Source: Octopus sinensis (Eukaryota). Taken from it: DNA of 64,000 bases. The stretch lies in assembly GCF_006345805.1 (NCBI RefSeq), contig NC_043007.1:22754001-22818000 (forward strand), in the 5' to 3' direction. Positions 1 through 14,110 of this stretch are shown here, in pieces (within the stretch, counting starts at the first letter, position 1; every line of letters begins with the position of its first letter). The notes under the pieces were generated by a model that was not told where the DNA came from, ran no database searches, and saw nothing but the letters and a program-made list of their open reading frames with translations. The translations under genes and the position numbers were made by a program.

Positions 1-262
1 CGGAAACTGAAAGAAGCCTGTCGTATATATGTATATATATATATGTATGTGTATGTGTGTTTGTGTGTCTGTGTTTGTCCCACTAGCATTGCTTGACAAC
101 CGATGCTGGTGTGTTTACGTCCCCGTCACTTAGCGGTTCGGCAAAAGAGACCGATAGAATAAGTACTAGGCTTACAAAGAATAAGTCCCGAGGTTGATTT
201 GCTCGACTAAAGGCGGTGCTCTAGCATGGCCGCAGTCAAATGACTGAAACAAATAAAAGAGA
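1..262 (+). mobile_element. SINE family A, 3' half
   Basis: GGAAACTGAAAGAAGCC-(TA/TG)n-GCTTGACAACCGATGCTGG...GCATGGCCGCAGTCAAATGACTGAAACAA tail. Confidence 0.85.
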
Positions 263-758
263 AAAGCGAGTATATATATATATATATCATCATCATCATC
301 ATTGTTTAACGTCTGCTTTCCATGCAAGCATGGGTTGGACGGTTTGATGGATGACTGGTGAGCCAGAGGCACCTGGTTCAATCTGGTCTGGCAGTGTTTC
401 TACAGCTGGATGTCCTTCCTAACACCAAGCACTCTTCGAGAGTACAGTGGGTGCTTTTTACGTGCCACCACCATGAGGGCCAGTCGGGCGGTTCTGGCGA
501 CGACCACACTTACGCTCAAAAGGTGTTTTTACATGGTACTTACACAGGAGCCAGTTTGGCGGCACTGGCAACAACCATGCTTGAATGCTGTTTTTCGAGT
601 GCCACTGGCACATGTGCCGGTAAGGCAAAGCTGGCGATGATCACATTCGGATGGTACTTTTCAAGTGTCACCGGCACGGGAGCCAATCTGTGGCGCTGGC
701 AACAATCATGCTTGGATGTGCTTTTAACATTCCAGTGGCACAAGTGCCATATATACAT

Positions 759-809
<51 letters not shown>

Positions 810-943
810 CTTGTTTCAGTCATTTTGACTGCGTCCATGCTGGAGCACCGCCTTTTAGTCGAGCAACTCGACCCCGGGACTCATTCATTTTGTAAGCCCA
901 GTACTTATTCTATCGGTCTCTTTTTGCCGAACCGCTAAGTGAC
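810..943 (-). mobile_element. SINE family A tail fragment
   Basis: Reverse complement of the family A tail. Confidence 0.8.
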
Positions 944-1044
944 ATATATTATATATATATATATGTATATATAATTGTGTGTGTATATATATATGTATAT
1001 ATGTATATGCCTTCCTGAACTAGTTTTCCACCACATTTCTCATA

Positions 1045-2225
<1,181 letters not shown>

Positions 2226-2523
2226 TAAATAACAAATAATGAAAATAGAGATCTTAGCCAAATCTACGTAAACTTGGATTTCTTTAAGCTATTCATGCCT
2301 GATGATGAGCCTTTGTGCTTGAAATGCATAAAGGTTATTTAACTTACCTGTCCTACACTGTAGGAAATACTCCATTTTCATTATTTGTTATTTTACTTCT
2401 CTGTTACAATACTTCAAGTAAACAACAACCCTTTTCTTTCATATGTGTGTATGTATATGTCTGTGTCTCTTTGTATTTATGTATGCCTGTGTGTGTGTGT
2501 GTGTGTGTGTGTGTTGTGTGTGT

Positions 2524-2559
<36 letters not shown>

Positions 2560-2769
2560 TGTGTACACACATACATGGTTGACTTTCACACAGAGTGTTT
2601 CTGTCTGTGAAATTCACTCACAATGCATTGAGTGGCATTGGGTCTATTCTAGAAGACACTTTTTGAATGTGCTGTGTTTGTAGGACAGAATGCAAAAACC
2701 ATATGATTTCATAGAAAGCTTCTGAACCACATAGCCATGTTTACATACATACATATATATATATATCAA

Positions 2770-3157
2770 TTAACTAGCGTTGCTTGGGCTTGTTTTCTTT
2801 TTGACCCTTTTGAATTGGAATTTTTGAAAAGTAAAAATTTTGCATTATGTAGATTGTTATTCTCTTTAAGTGAACATTTTTCTGGTTGAAATACACCGAA
2901 AAATAGCAACACAGCAGTAAAAAAATCATTAAAAATAGGGATTTTCATAGAAAAAAAGCACCTTTTTGATGTAAATAATTTTTGGTCTTAACATGGTCTG
3001 ACTGGAATTTTTCTTCTACAAGATGAAGAGCAAGCCTTCTTCTATCATACTCTCAATTTTGGTCAACTTGTGTTGCAGGGTCTCGGAGGAGAAAGTGTTA
3101 GTTGAAGGCTACCAAACCTGCCATACACAGACAACTTCAGCTTTATATATAAAGATT
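2770..3157 (+). mobile_element. Non-autonomous Helitron/Helentron-like (Lep1/HINE architecture) element
   Basis: Starts AACTAGC..GTTGCT.GGG, ends CAGACAACTTCAGCTTTATATATAAAGAT; shares its body with 36337-36520; family call is inference. Confidence 0.5.
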
Positions 3158-3419
3158 AGTTAATTACACATACCATAGTATATATATAAAAATTCTCAGG
3201 TGATCCTGTCTCTTTAAATCACTTGTATATTGAGTATCTCTAATCCTTTTGGTTGTATCAAAAGGAATCACATAGGACTTACAGCAAACACTTTCATGAG
3301 TTGCCACCGTCAGAATTTTCACTCACCCCGATTAAAAAAGAAGGAAACAAATTTCTTTTCCATGTCATCTAGAATGTCAGAGGCCAAACACTATTGAACA
3401 CTATCCTGTATTTCAACAG

Positions 3420-3499
3420 GTTATAAAAACACAGCTTTCTTCACCAGATCACAAAAATGCAGGCAATTTTTTTATAATTGTGATGCTCCAGATATTAAG
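3420..3499 (+). CDS. Candidate internal exon (YKNTAFFTRSQKCRQFFYNCDAPDIK)
   Basis: Acceptor CCTGTATTTCAACAG|, donor AAG|GTAAGC, open frame phase 1-0. Confidence 0.35.
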
Positions 3500-3599
3500 G
3501 TAAGCAGTGGTAGTCCTCAGTTGAAAGTCAGAGTCATTGTCTAACTGTTGTCACCAGAAGAAGTTTCTCTTGAATAGTTTCTACACAACTGAAAACCTC

Positions 3600-4440
3600 A
3601 GGCCAAAATGAAAATAACACAGACACCTCATTTTAACAGATATATTTACCAAAATTACATAAAAATATCTTGAAATACTGAAGTGTAAATTTATCCAATA
3701 AAATCGCCATTGGCTTCAACCATGGCCTCCTGATGACTTTGGTATCCCCTGCAACTCTTCTGGTTGGTCTCCTTGTTTCAGATGGTGAATGCTACCATAA
3801 TCCTTTTCATCTTCGGTGTTACAAGGAATTTTGTTGGTCTCTCACTCAACTTTGTTCCACAAGGGGGTTGCAGTCTGGGGAGTTAGGTGGCTAAGTGTTA
3901 GGGGTAATTTGGTCGCAGAAATTGTCTGACAGCCATCACTGGGTTCTTCTGCATGTGTGACATGGTGCTGAGTCCTGTTGCCAGACATAAGGTCTTCCAG
4001 TAGCCACCATCTTGACTGAGGGCAGCACTACCGCCTCCATGCACTTGATGTAGGCCTCCGTGTTGAGTATGAGACTGCGTGGGAAGATGAATGAAGGCAT
4101 AACGTCGCCATCACTTGTGATCACTCGAAACACCATGGTGTTAACTGGATCTTTGATTTTTATCACTCTTAGTATAAGTCCTCAGATTTCACTGTCCTCA
4201 GATTGACACCTAAACACTCTGAAACGTTCATATTGGAGCTTCCGGTGTGAATGCCAAGCTGCACAGTATGTCATTTCCAAATTTCTGGCAGAGTGAATTG
4301 CATCATGGTGCCGTTTTTCTCACAGATGGTATCCAACTGCCCTTATCATACTGCGTAGTTGACAAAATCAAAAACAAATAATGCGCATACATGAAATTAA
4401 AAATATAAAATTGCAACAATTTACCCATTGCACCCTGTAT
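3600..4440 (-). mobile_element. Decayed Tc1/mariner transposon, spacing consistent with DD37D (maT)
   Basis: YVWQQDSAPCHTCRRTQ*WLSDNFCDQITPNT*PPNSPDCNPL with stops; one TIR-like end TACAGGGTGCAATGGGTAAATTGTTG at 4440-4415; other end not found; 3' boundary approximate. Confidence 0.8.
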
Positions 4441-4459
4441 ATATATATATATATATATG

Positions 4460-4789
4460 TGAAGGCGCATGGCTCAGTGGTTAGAGCGTCGAGCTTACGA
4501 TCGTGAGGTTGTGAGCTTGAATCCTGGACCGGCTGCGTGTTGTTTTCTCGAGCAAGGCACTTTATTTCACGTTGCTCCAGTTCACTCAGCTGTAGAAATG
4601 AGTTGCGACGTCACTGGTGCCAAGCTGTATCGACCTTTTGTCTTTCCCTTGGATAACACTGGTGGCGTGGAGAGGGGAGGCTGGTATGCATGGGGACTGC
4701 TGGTCTTCCATAAACAACCTTGCCCGGACTTGTATCTAGGAAGGTAACTTTCTAGGTGCAATCCCATGGTCATTCATGACCGAGGGGGT

Positions 4790-4794
<5 letters not shown>
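4460..4794 (+). mobile_element. SINE family D (tRNA head, CORE-like GAGCAAGGCACTTTATTTCAC segment)
   Basis: GAAGGCGCATGGCTCAGTGGTTAGAGCG head; tail shared with 52310-52420; head relatives at 41557-41758 and, on the minus strand, 29200-29395 and 59960-60138. Confidence 0.75.
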
Positions 4795-4837
<43 letters not shown>

Positions 4838-4840
4838 ATA

Positions 4841-5040
4841 TACCAGAGTAAGCACATAAATGTGAAACAAGGTGGAAAAAAGAGTACTCAAATACCAGAG
4901 GTAGAGTAATATGCTTTATTTACAAAAGCTGTTACTCAGAGTTTCATGTTCCCGTTCGTTGGACAGTTTTGTGTCCGATGAACGGGAACGTGAAACTCTG
5001 AGTACAGCTTTTGTTATATTTCTGCTGCTTTTAAATAAGT
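4841..5040 (+). mobile_element. Short non-autonomous fold-back element (Penelope-like pLTR derivative?), copy 1
   Basis: Internal inverted repeat 4923-4965/4972-5013; body shared with 33357-33555 in the opposite orientation; flanked by (TA)n. Confidence 0.55.
4972..5007 (+). ncRNA. Minimal type-I hammerhead-ribozyme-like motif (U4C variant) in the right arm of a fold-back element
   Basis: tgt-CCGATGA-ACG GGAA CGT-GAAA-CTC T GAG-TA-cag: core, 3-bp stem II with GNRA loop, near-palindromic stem III, GUA site. Confidence 0.55.
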
Positions 5041-5449
5041 ATATTTAATATATATATATAATATATATATATAATATATTATAAATAGATATATACTTAC
5101 ATATCTATATATCTATATACTTACATATATATATATGTATATATATATGTATATATACTTACATATATGCACACACCCACCCATGTTTATGATGTGTGTG
5201 TGTGTGTGTCGGGGGTGGGTGGGTGCATGTGTGCGTGTGGGGGGGGGCATGTGCTGTCAGAGTGCTTCTCATAACTTCCTTCCGCATAGTTCAGTCAAAT
5301 TAATAAGTATTAATGTTTCAAGGACAAACAGATGGAAAAAGCCTGTTCAACCTCTGCGATCCTTCAAAGATTAAATTCAGATTTGAAAGATATACTTAAC
5401 ACATTTTGTTCTAAATACCATGGCTAAAGTGACACTTGTATAGGTAGTA

Positions 5450-6700
5450 GTAGTAGTAGTAGAGGTGGTGGCGGCAGGGTGGGGGTAGTGGTGGTGGTGG
5501 GGATGATAGTTAGTGGTGACGGTGGTGATTATGGCCCATGGTTGTTGTTATTGGTTGTTGGTTAGCCCCGGGTTAGCTCCGATCTTGGAAACCTGATGAA
5601 CAAAAGCAATCCAGACATGACTATCTCTTTTACTTTTTTCATATCTCGGCCTTGACTCATTAGATCACTCTTTGTAGGTCTAGGTTTAGTGTGTGGAAAA
5701 GATTTGGCTGCTATTTCTAGCGAGTTGAGCAAGTTCAAGGACAGTGTGATGGTGGTGGTGGTGGTGGTGGTAATGTTGGTGGTACTGGTGGTTATGGTGC
5801 TGATGGTTGTGTTGGTGGTACTGGTGGTGGTGGTGGTGGTACTGATGGTTGTGGCTGTGGTTGTGCTGGTGGTAGTGATACTGGTGATGGTGGCGATGGT
5901 GGTGGTACTGATGGTTGTGGTGGTGGTGGTGTTGGTTGGTGGTTTGGTGTGGTGGGGTGGTTTGGTGGTGTAATGGTGATGGTGTGTGGTTTGGTGGTGT
6001 GGTACTGATGATTGTGCTGGTGGTGGTGGTGGTGGGGGTGGTACTGATGGTAGTGGTTTTTGGTGGTACTGGGGTTATGGTGGTACTGATGGTTGTGGTG
6101 GTGGTGGTGGTGGTGGTAGTGATATTGGTGATGGTGGCGGTGGTGGTGGTGGTACTGATGGTTGTGGTAGTGGTAATGGTGTTGACGATACTGGTGGTGG
6201 TGGTGGTGATGGTGGTGGTGGTGGTGGTGTTCGTGATACTAATTGTGATAAGGATAGTGGTGTGGGGGGGCATAATTTAGGGTGTGGTTGGTAATTACTA
6301 TGGTTGTGATGGCCGTTGTAGTGGTGGAGGTGGTGGTGGTGATGGTAACGATGATGGTGATGGTGATGATGATGGTGGCGATGATAGTAGCAATGGTGGT
6401 GGTGGTGGTGGTGGGAATGGTAGTGTTGGTAGTGGTAGTGATGGTAGTGGTGGCGGTAGTCTTGGTATTGGTGTTGGTACTGTCGATGGTAGTAGCTGTA
6501 ATTGTCATGTTCATTGGTTGGTGGCATCGACAGTAGTTGTACCAACACTGGTGGTTCCATAGCTTGTGGTGATAGCAACGATACCATTCAACGGAGTCTG
6601 TGGGGTATCATAATGATGGTGGTATGCATATGTAGTTGATGAGGGTGACGGTGGTGGCATTGATGATGGTAGCATTGACGATGGTGGCATTGATGGTGGT
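5450..6700 (+). repeat. GGT/GAT-rich cryptic trinucleotide array with recurring GGTACTGATGGTTGTGGT units
   Basis: Direct reading. Confidence 0.9.
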
Positions 6701-6879
6701 GTGGATTACCAGAGCACATTAGCAAACAATGTCGTATCCTACTTAATTTCGCTTTTTAGTTCAATGGAAATGGTTTCGAGAAATTCCTATGTTTCAAGTG
6801 ACTTAGTTATGATCTGCTCAAATCTCAAGCCACAGCAGAAAATTGGCAGATTTTAAGATTTGGAAGAATCACGTCCAGT

Positions 6880-7190
6880 GGAGGCGCAATGGCCCAGTAG
6901 TTAGAGCAGCGGACTCGCGATCGGAGGATCGCAGCTTCGATTCCCAGACCGGGCATTATGTGTGTTTATTGAGCGAAAACACCTAAAAGCTCCACGAGGC
7001 TTCAGCAAGGGGTGGTAGCGACCCCTGTTGTACTCTTTCGCCCCAACTTTCTCTCACTTTTTCTTTCTGTTTCTAGAGTAATGCTGCGATGGACTGGTGT
7101 CCCGTCCAACTGGAGGGAACACATATGTCACAGAAACCGGGAAACCGGGCCCATGAGCCTGGCTAGGCTTGGAAAGGGCATATAAATATA
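6880..7190 (+). mobile_element. SINE family C variant (relatives at 15075-15252 minus, 41761-42025, 44052-44320, 60368-60675)
   Basis: GGAGGCGCAATGGCCCAGT.GTTAGAGCAGCGGACTCGC head and GGAAACCGGGAAACCGG tail shared. Confidence 0.85.
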
Positions 7191-7323
7191 TAAAAAAAAT
7201 TGTATCACATCCAACAATTTGCTCTTTAATCCTTTTGGTATGATATTTCTGTTGAAATACACTGCCCTTGAATCCATTAATTTTTTTTTTTAAATTAAGA
7301 ATTTAGTAAAATAACTTTGTCAT

Positions 7324-7520
7324 AGGCGCAGGAGTGGCTGTGTGGTAAGTAGCTTGCTGACAAACCACATGGTTCCAGTTTCAGTCCCATGGCATGGCAC
7401 CTTGGGCAAGTGTCTTCTACTATAGCCTCGGGTGACCAAAGCCTTGTGATTGGCTTTGGTAGACAGAAACTGAAAAAAGCCCATCTTAAATATATATATG
7501 TATGTATATATATGTGTATG

Positions 7521-7554
<34 letters not shown>

Positions 7555-7772
7555 GTGTGTGTGTGTATGTTTGTGTGTATGCGTTTGTCCCTGCCAACAT
7601 CGCTTGACAACCGATGCTGGTGTATTTACGTTCCCGTAACTTAGTGGTTCAGCAAAAAAGACTGATAGAATAAGTACTAGGCTTACAAAGAATAAGTCCT
7701 GGGGTCGATTTGCTCGACTAAAGGCGGTGCTCCAGCATGGCCACAGTCAAATGACTGAAACAAGTAAAGAGA
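7324..7772 (+). mobile_element. SINE family A, full length (tRNA-like head, internal microsatellite)
   Basis: AGGCGCAGGAGTGGCTGTGTGGTAAG head with B-box-like GTTCAGTCC/GTTTCAGTCC, CCTTGGGCAAGTG core, family tail. Confidence 0.85.
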
Positions 7773-8565
7773 ATACTATTAATCTGGTGTTTGGACCATA
7801 AACTGACATGAAATTTTGATTTAGATCACTTTAACACTTTTGTTGCCATATTTCTGTTGAAATACGTTACCTTTTTGCAATTAATATTTAAAAATTAAGG
7901 CAGTGAGCTGACAGAAACGTTAGCATGTCGGGCAAAATGCTTAGTGGTATTTCATCTATCTTTACATTCTGAGTTAAAAAAACAGGCAAGGGTTAGCAAC
8001 AGGAAGGGCATCCAGCTGTAAAAACAATACCCCAATAGGCATTCATCTAACACATGCAATCAAAGGAAAACAGATGTAAAATCAAGAGAAAGAGTGAACA
8101 AAAACTGGTCAGATATTTAACAAAGAAATTTTCATAGAAACAGGTGTACATTGTTTTGTCCAAAGCCGGAAAAGATTCTCTGATTTGATTCTAAAGAGAT
8201 TAATAACAATAACTTGTTTGCTGTCATTTGTCTACATTGTGGTGTCTTCTTTATCTCTTATTGTTTTGTGTTTGGAGCATTCTTCACCATAATCCTTCAT
8301 TAAGCTCATACACAATGCTAGAAGTCGGTAGAGGCATGGCTCTGGTGTATCATCGTCAGTGAGTGTTGAAGAGGAGTGAGTATTCAGCTGACTTTGATCT
8401 GGGTCTGTGAATCAGAAGGATTTTGGTTCAAGCAGAAAGTCAATTACTTCTGTCACGATTGCTTAATACACCTGAAAAAGCCACACCATGTTGCATGATC
8501 TCTGGAATGTTTGGGCCTTGTACTTTAAATGTGTGCGTATGTGTGTGTGTATATATGTGTGTGTG

Positions 8566-8604
<39 letters not shown>

Positions 8605-8724
8605 TAGATATATATATATATGTATACATATATCTATATCTATATCTATATCTATCTATCTATCTTCTATCTATATATATATATATATGTATACCTATAT
8701 CTATATCTTCTATCTATCTATCTA

Positions 8725-8767
<43 letters not shown>

Positions 8768-8820
8768 TACATGTACGTATATGTGTGTGTGTATGTGTGT
8801 ATATATATGTATATATATAT

Positions 8821-9335
8821 ATACACAAATATGAGAGAGAATCCACTATGTGGACGCTCTTACGCTAGAGATAGATCCGCAAAGGGACTCAACCACTAAG
8901 AATTGTCCTCAAGAAAAAATTCAGCACACTAAGAACGTAAGCGAGCAGGACAAATGAAAAATAACGAAAATATAGATTAACCCCATACAATTGTTTCACT
9001 GTTGATAAATTATGCAATTTTACTTACATAATTATCCTCAGGTCATCGGTGGTGTACGTCATAAAATATAATTTGTCGAATTGCACGCTATATATTAACA
9101 CCTCGTGTTAAGTAAAATTGCATAATATGTAAGTAAAATTGCATAATTTATCAACAGTGAAACAATTGTATGGGGTTAATCTATATTTTTGTTATTTTTC
9201 ATTTGTCCTGCTCGCTTACGTTCTTAGTGTGCTGAATTTTTTCTTGAGTACAATTCTTAGTGGTTGAGTCCCTTTGCGGATCTATCTCTAGCGTAAGAGC
9301 GTCCACATAGTGGATTCTCTCTCATATTTGTGTAT
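8821..9335. repeat. Long inverted repeat, 210-bp arms (8821-9030 / 9126-9335), 95-bp spacer
   Basis: Arms compared by eye, 2 substitutions; left arm abuts (TA)n. Confidence 0.95.
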
Positions 9336-9435
9336 TAATAATATTTACTGAATCTCAGTCTTTTATGCACTGGACCACTGGTGTTTAAATTGATATTATT
9401 AAATTAAGATCCAATTTTTTCACCCTCATTTTGAC

Positions 9436-9473
<38 letters not shown>

Positions 9474-9680
9474 GTTATTGGTGAATTGAAGAAATGGAGC
9501 TGAACGCAGATTGAACAGAAATCGTTTTATTTCATTCTACACGTGTTTCGAAAGGCACAAATTACAAATCCGATTGAATAATGGGACCATATTGTGTCTT
9601 TTACTGCTGTGATTTTTGCTACTAAGGTATCGGTTAAACTTTGATTAATCTACTACAAGATTATTCATCTTCTATTTCAC

Positions 9681-9721
<41 letters not shown>

Positions 9722-10438
9722 TATTATATATATATATATATACATACACATGCACAACATGCACATACTGTCAGAAAGGCTTGATGCCTTTCCTAACATC
9801 AACCATTTTAGAGTACTGGATGCATTCTACCTGGCACTGGGATGGGCACTTTTACACAGCACCAGCACTTTGACATGAAGCTGGCACAGACACTTTGATG
9901 TGCCACTTGCATGGGTATTTTTATGTGGCACCGGCATGGATGCTACTATGTGGCACTGGCATTAGTACTTTTTACATGACACCAGCACCTGGGGGCCATC
10001 AACACAAGGCTGAGATGTACGTAGAGAACATGATTGTATGTACAAATAGCCGCAGTTTTACTCGTCATGGTTTCTCAAGAACAGCAAATCTGATTTCTTT
10101 ATTGCCCACAAGGGGCTAAATATAGAGGGGACAAACGGATTAAGTCAATTATATTGACCCCAGTGCGTAACTGGTACTTATTTAATCGACTCCGAAAGGA
10201 TGAAAGGCAAAGTTGACCTCGGCGGAATTTGAACTCAGAACGTAGCAGCTGATGAAATGCCGAAAAGCATTTCGCCCGCCGTGCTAACGTTTCTGCCTGA
10301 AGTCTTTCTCACCCCTTCCTGAGTGTAGCCCTTCCTTCCACAGGTTCCTTCCACAATTAGAGATCAGCACTTCTTTATGTAGCTGTTCCCATCCATTACC
10401 ACCACATGGTTATACTGGAGCAGTTCTTCTCTCTTGAA

Positions 10439-10469
<31 letters not shown>

Positions 10470-11010
10470 GTTTAGCGTCTGCTTTCCATGCTAGCATGGG
10501 TTGGACAGTTCAACTGGGGTTTGGGAAGCCAGAAGGCTGCACCAGGCCCAGTCTGATCTGGCAATGTTTCTACGGCTGGATGCCCTTCCTAACGTCAACT
10601 ACTCCGTGAGTGTAGTGAGTGCTTTTTACGTGCCACCAGCACAGGTGCCAGACGGGGCTGGCAATGGCCACGGTCGGATGGTGCTTTTTACGTGCCACCG
10701 GCACGGAGGCCAGTATTTATATATATATATATAGTAGATGTGTGTGTATGTGTGTGTATCATTATTATCGTTTAGTGTACGCTTTCCATGCTAGCATGGG
10801 TTGGATGGTTCAACTGGGGTCTGGGAAGCCAGGAGGCTGCACCAGTCTGATCTGGCAATGTTTCTACGGCTGGATGCCCTTCCTAACGCCAACCACTCCG
10901 TGAGTGTAGTGGGTGCTTTTTACATGCCACCGGCACAGGTGCCAGATGGGGCTGGCAAACGGCCACGGTCAGATGGTGCTTTTTACGTCCCACTGGCACG
11001 GGGGCGCTAA
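10439..11010 (-). mobile_element. Two tandem copies of an RTE-type LINE-tail family with (GAT)n tail and internal repeats (relatives 286-750 minus, 28222-28335 plus)
   Basis: (CAT)n-CGTTTAGCGTCTGCTTTCCATGCTAGCATGGGTTGG..., repeated GTGCTTTTTACGTGCCACCGGCAC units; RTE affinity inferred from the tail type. Confidence 0.65.
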
Positions 11011-11398
11011 TAATGCTTTGTGGTTAAATAGCTTGGTTGTTGATGATAGTTTTGAGTTATATGACGAATTCCTACAACAGCTAATGAAGAGCTGTTGATG
11101 GAGACAATTAACTCATAATCACTTATGTAACTGATGAAAAACAATAGGAATTCCTACTTCAACAATTGAGTATCTGCTGATAAGAAGGATACCTCCTCCG
11201 TTCTCCCACACCGGCAGTCGACCTTGTCATCTCTGAGAGTGACATATGTGTTGGGTTAATTATTCATGAGCTTAGAATTAATAGCATTTAAGTATATCAA
11301 CAAAAAGCTGGATGTCAAATATACTCACACACGCACATCGCATACATATGCATACATGCACATTCAAACATACAAAGATAAATATATCTACACACACC

Positions 11399-11429
<31 letters not shown>

Positions 11430-11488
11430 CTTCCACATGTATATTCACAGACACATGTACTTATGAATATACGTGCATATATGTATGC

Positions 11489-11520
<32 letters not shown>

Positions 11521-11702
11521 TATATATTACACACACACTCACAATAGTATACATATCAATACATGCATATGTATATATATACAACACATGTACATATGAA
11601 TATACTATGTATAATGTATGCATATATATATATGTATGCAATATATATGATATTATATATTATATATAGACACATATATAACACACACACATACATACAT
11701 AC

Positions 11703-11747
<45 letters not shown>

Positions 11748-12179
11748 AATATATATATTATATATATATATATATGGATACTATATTTCACGCACATACA
11801 TATATATATATATGCATACATACATGAACATATATATTTATACATATATGTAAATGTGTGTGTGTGTGTGTGTGCACACACACGTGTGTACATACACATA
11901 CATATATAGAGAGATATGTACATATATGCTGCCCCAGCATGGCCAGAACCTCAAGACTGAAACAAAAGAATAAGAGAGTATACATATGTATGCGCACTCG
12001 CATGCGTGCGTGTGCATATGTATGCATGTATATATGTGTATGTATGTATATATGTGTGTATGTATGTACGCATGCATGCATGTATGCATATATGAAAGAA
12101 TGTTTGTACGAACGTACGGTTAACAGAGAAAGAGAAGGAAAGAGAGAGACGTGGGAAAGAGAGAGAGAGAGGGAAAGAG

Positions 12180-12247
<68 letters not shown>

Positions 12248-12884
12248 ATTTAAGCCATCCTAATGATAGTTAACCATCGCTATCACATGACAGAATGCAT
12301 TCTCTGCACTTTGATAAAAAAAAAAGAAAAATATCTCTTATATACTTAGGGAAACAAACTGATATAATGACCACTTTAGGGTAAGAGCGATGGGGAAGCA
12401 CAGAATGGTAAGAGAGAATGGTATGTTACTTGGTTGAGAACCATGCAATACTCTTCACAGTAATTTCTTTGGCAATTGACATTTTTCCTAAAGTTCAAAT
12501 CCCAACAGGTTAGTATTCACTTGTCCTTTATCAGTCTGGGCCAATGTGGAGTGGAGACACTCACCCAAATGCGCGCACATGTATGGGAACATGGCACACA
12601 TGCATGCAGGCACACACACACACACACACACACACACCACCACACATATCTACACATACACACACACACATATCTACACATACACACACACTCACATACA
12701 CTCCCATGCACATACAGGCATACACACACATACACACACATACATATATGTATATATGTGTGTGTGTATATATATATATATATATGTAGAGAGTGTTAGG
12801 TGTGATGTTCAGAATTGAATATATATAGATACCACACACCACACACACATATATATATATACATATATATATAATATATATATA

Positions 12885-12968
<84 letters not shown>

Positions 12969-13599
12969 CATATACATACATAACCCATACATACATATAT
13001 ACAAATATTACATCTATCTATCTATCTATAATATATATATATATATACCCACACACACACACACATATATATGTATGTAAAATAAATAACAGTAAGTAAT
13101 ACACTCAGTTTCTATCAAATTGGATGTAATCCATAGCAATTATAAATATGTTTGCATGTGGGTATATATGTGTGTGTGTGCGTATATATGTGTGTGTATA
13201 TATATACATATATAAATGTGTGTGTTTGTGTGTGTATATATATATATTTGTGAGTGTGTATGTGTGCATGTGTGTGTGTGTGTTCTTAGAAAAGGACCTC
13301 ATGCCTATGCCCGGAGAAATAAAATCAATAGAACAGACAGAAGAGATGACATTTAGTTTGGAAAATAAATGAAAAAACAACACATGGTTATTTAGCTTAT
13401 TTCTGTTTGAGAAGTTAGGACTACAGAGAGGCTTTTGTTTTAGCACATCTGTCAAAACAAATACCAAAAAAGAGAAGAAAAAAGAAAAGAAAAAGAAAAA
13501 AAAAGAAGAAAAAGGAAAAAAGGAGAAAAAAAGGGAATTAAAATTATGGTTATAAATGCAATAGCAATTTTGCAGTTGTTGTTGGTGTTGTTTGTTGTC

Positions 13600-13923
13600 T
13601 TTTTGTTGTTATGGCTGTTGTTTGTTGAAACCATTGTCGTCATGTCGTCATCATTGTCATCGTTATACACATTGTTGTCGTCGTCGTTGTCATCTCACCA
13701 TCATCATCATCATCATCGCTGTCGTTGTCGTCGTCATCGTCAGCATCATCATCCTCATCACCATTATCACCATCGTTGTCGGCGTTGTCATTGTTGTCAT
13801 CATCATCATCATCATCATCGCTGTCGTTGTCGTCGTCATCGTCAGCATCATCATCCTCATCACCATCGCCGTCGTTGTCGGCGTTGTCATTGTCGTCGTC
13901 ATCATCATCATCATAATCATCAT

Positions 13924-13955
<32 letters not shown>

Positions 13956-14110
13956 CCATTCATTATTGTCACCGTCACCTCTACCATGACGACGACCACC
14001 ACCACCACCACCACCAATCACCACCACCACCACCACCACCACCACCGCCATCATTGCCATCATCACCATCATCACAACCATCACCAACTTCTGCAACAGT
14101 ACCATCATCA
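13600..14110 (+). repeat. CAT/CGT/CAC trinucleotide array with an internal about 100-bp duplication
   Basis: CATCGCTGTCGTTGTCGTCGTCATCGTCAGCATC repeated. Confidence 0.9.

Noticed and set aside
5686-6587. Gly/Val/Thr/His-rich ORFs resembling structural proteins
   Set aside because: Open in several frames on both strands because GGT/GAT arrays lack stops; no splice or start context
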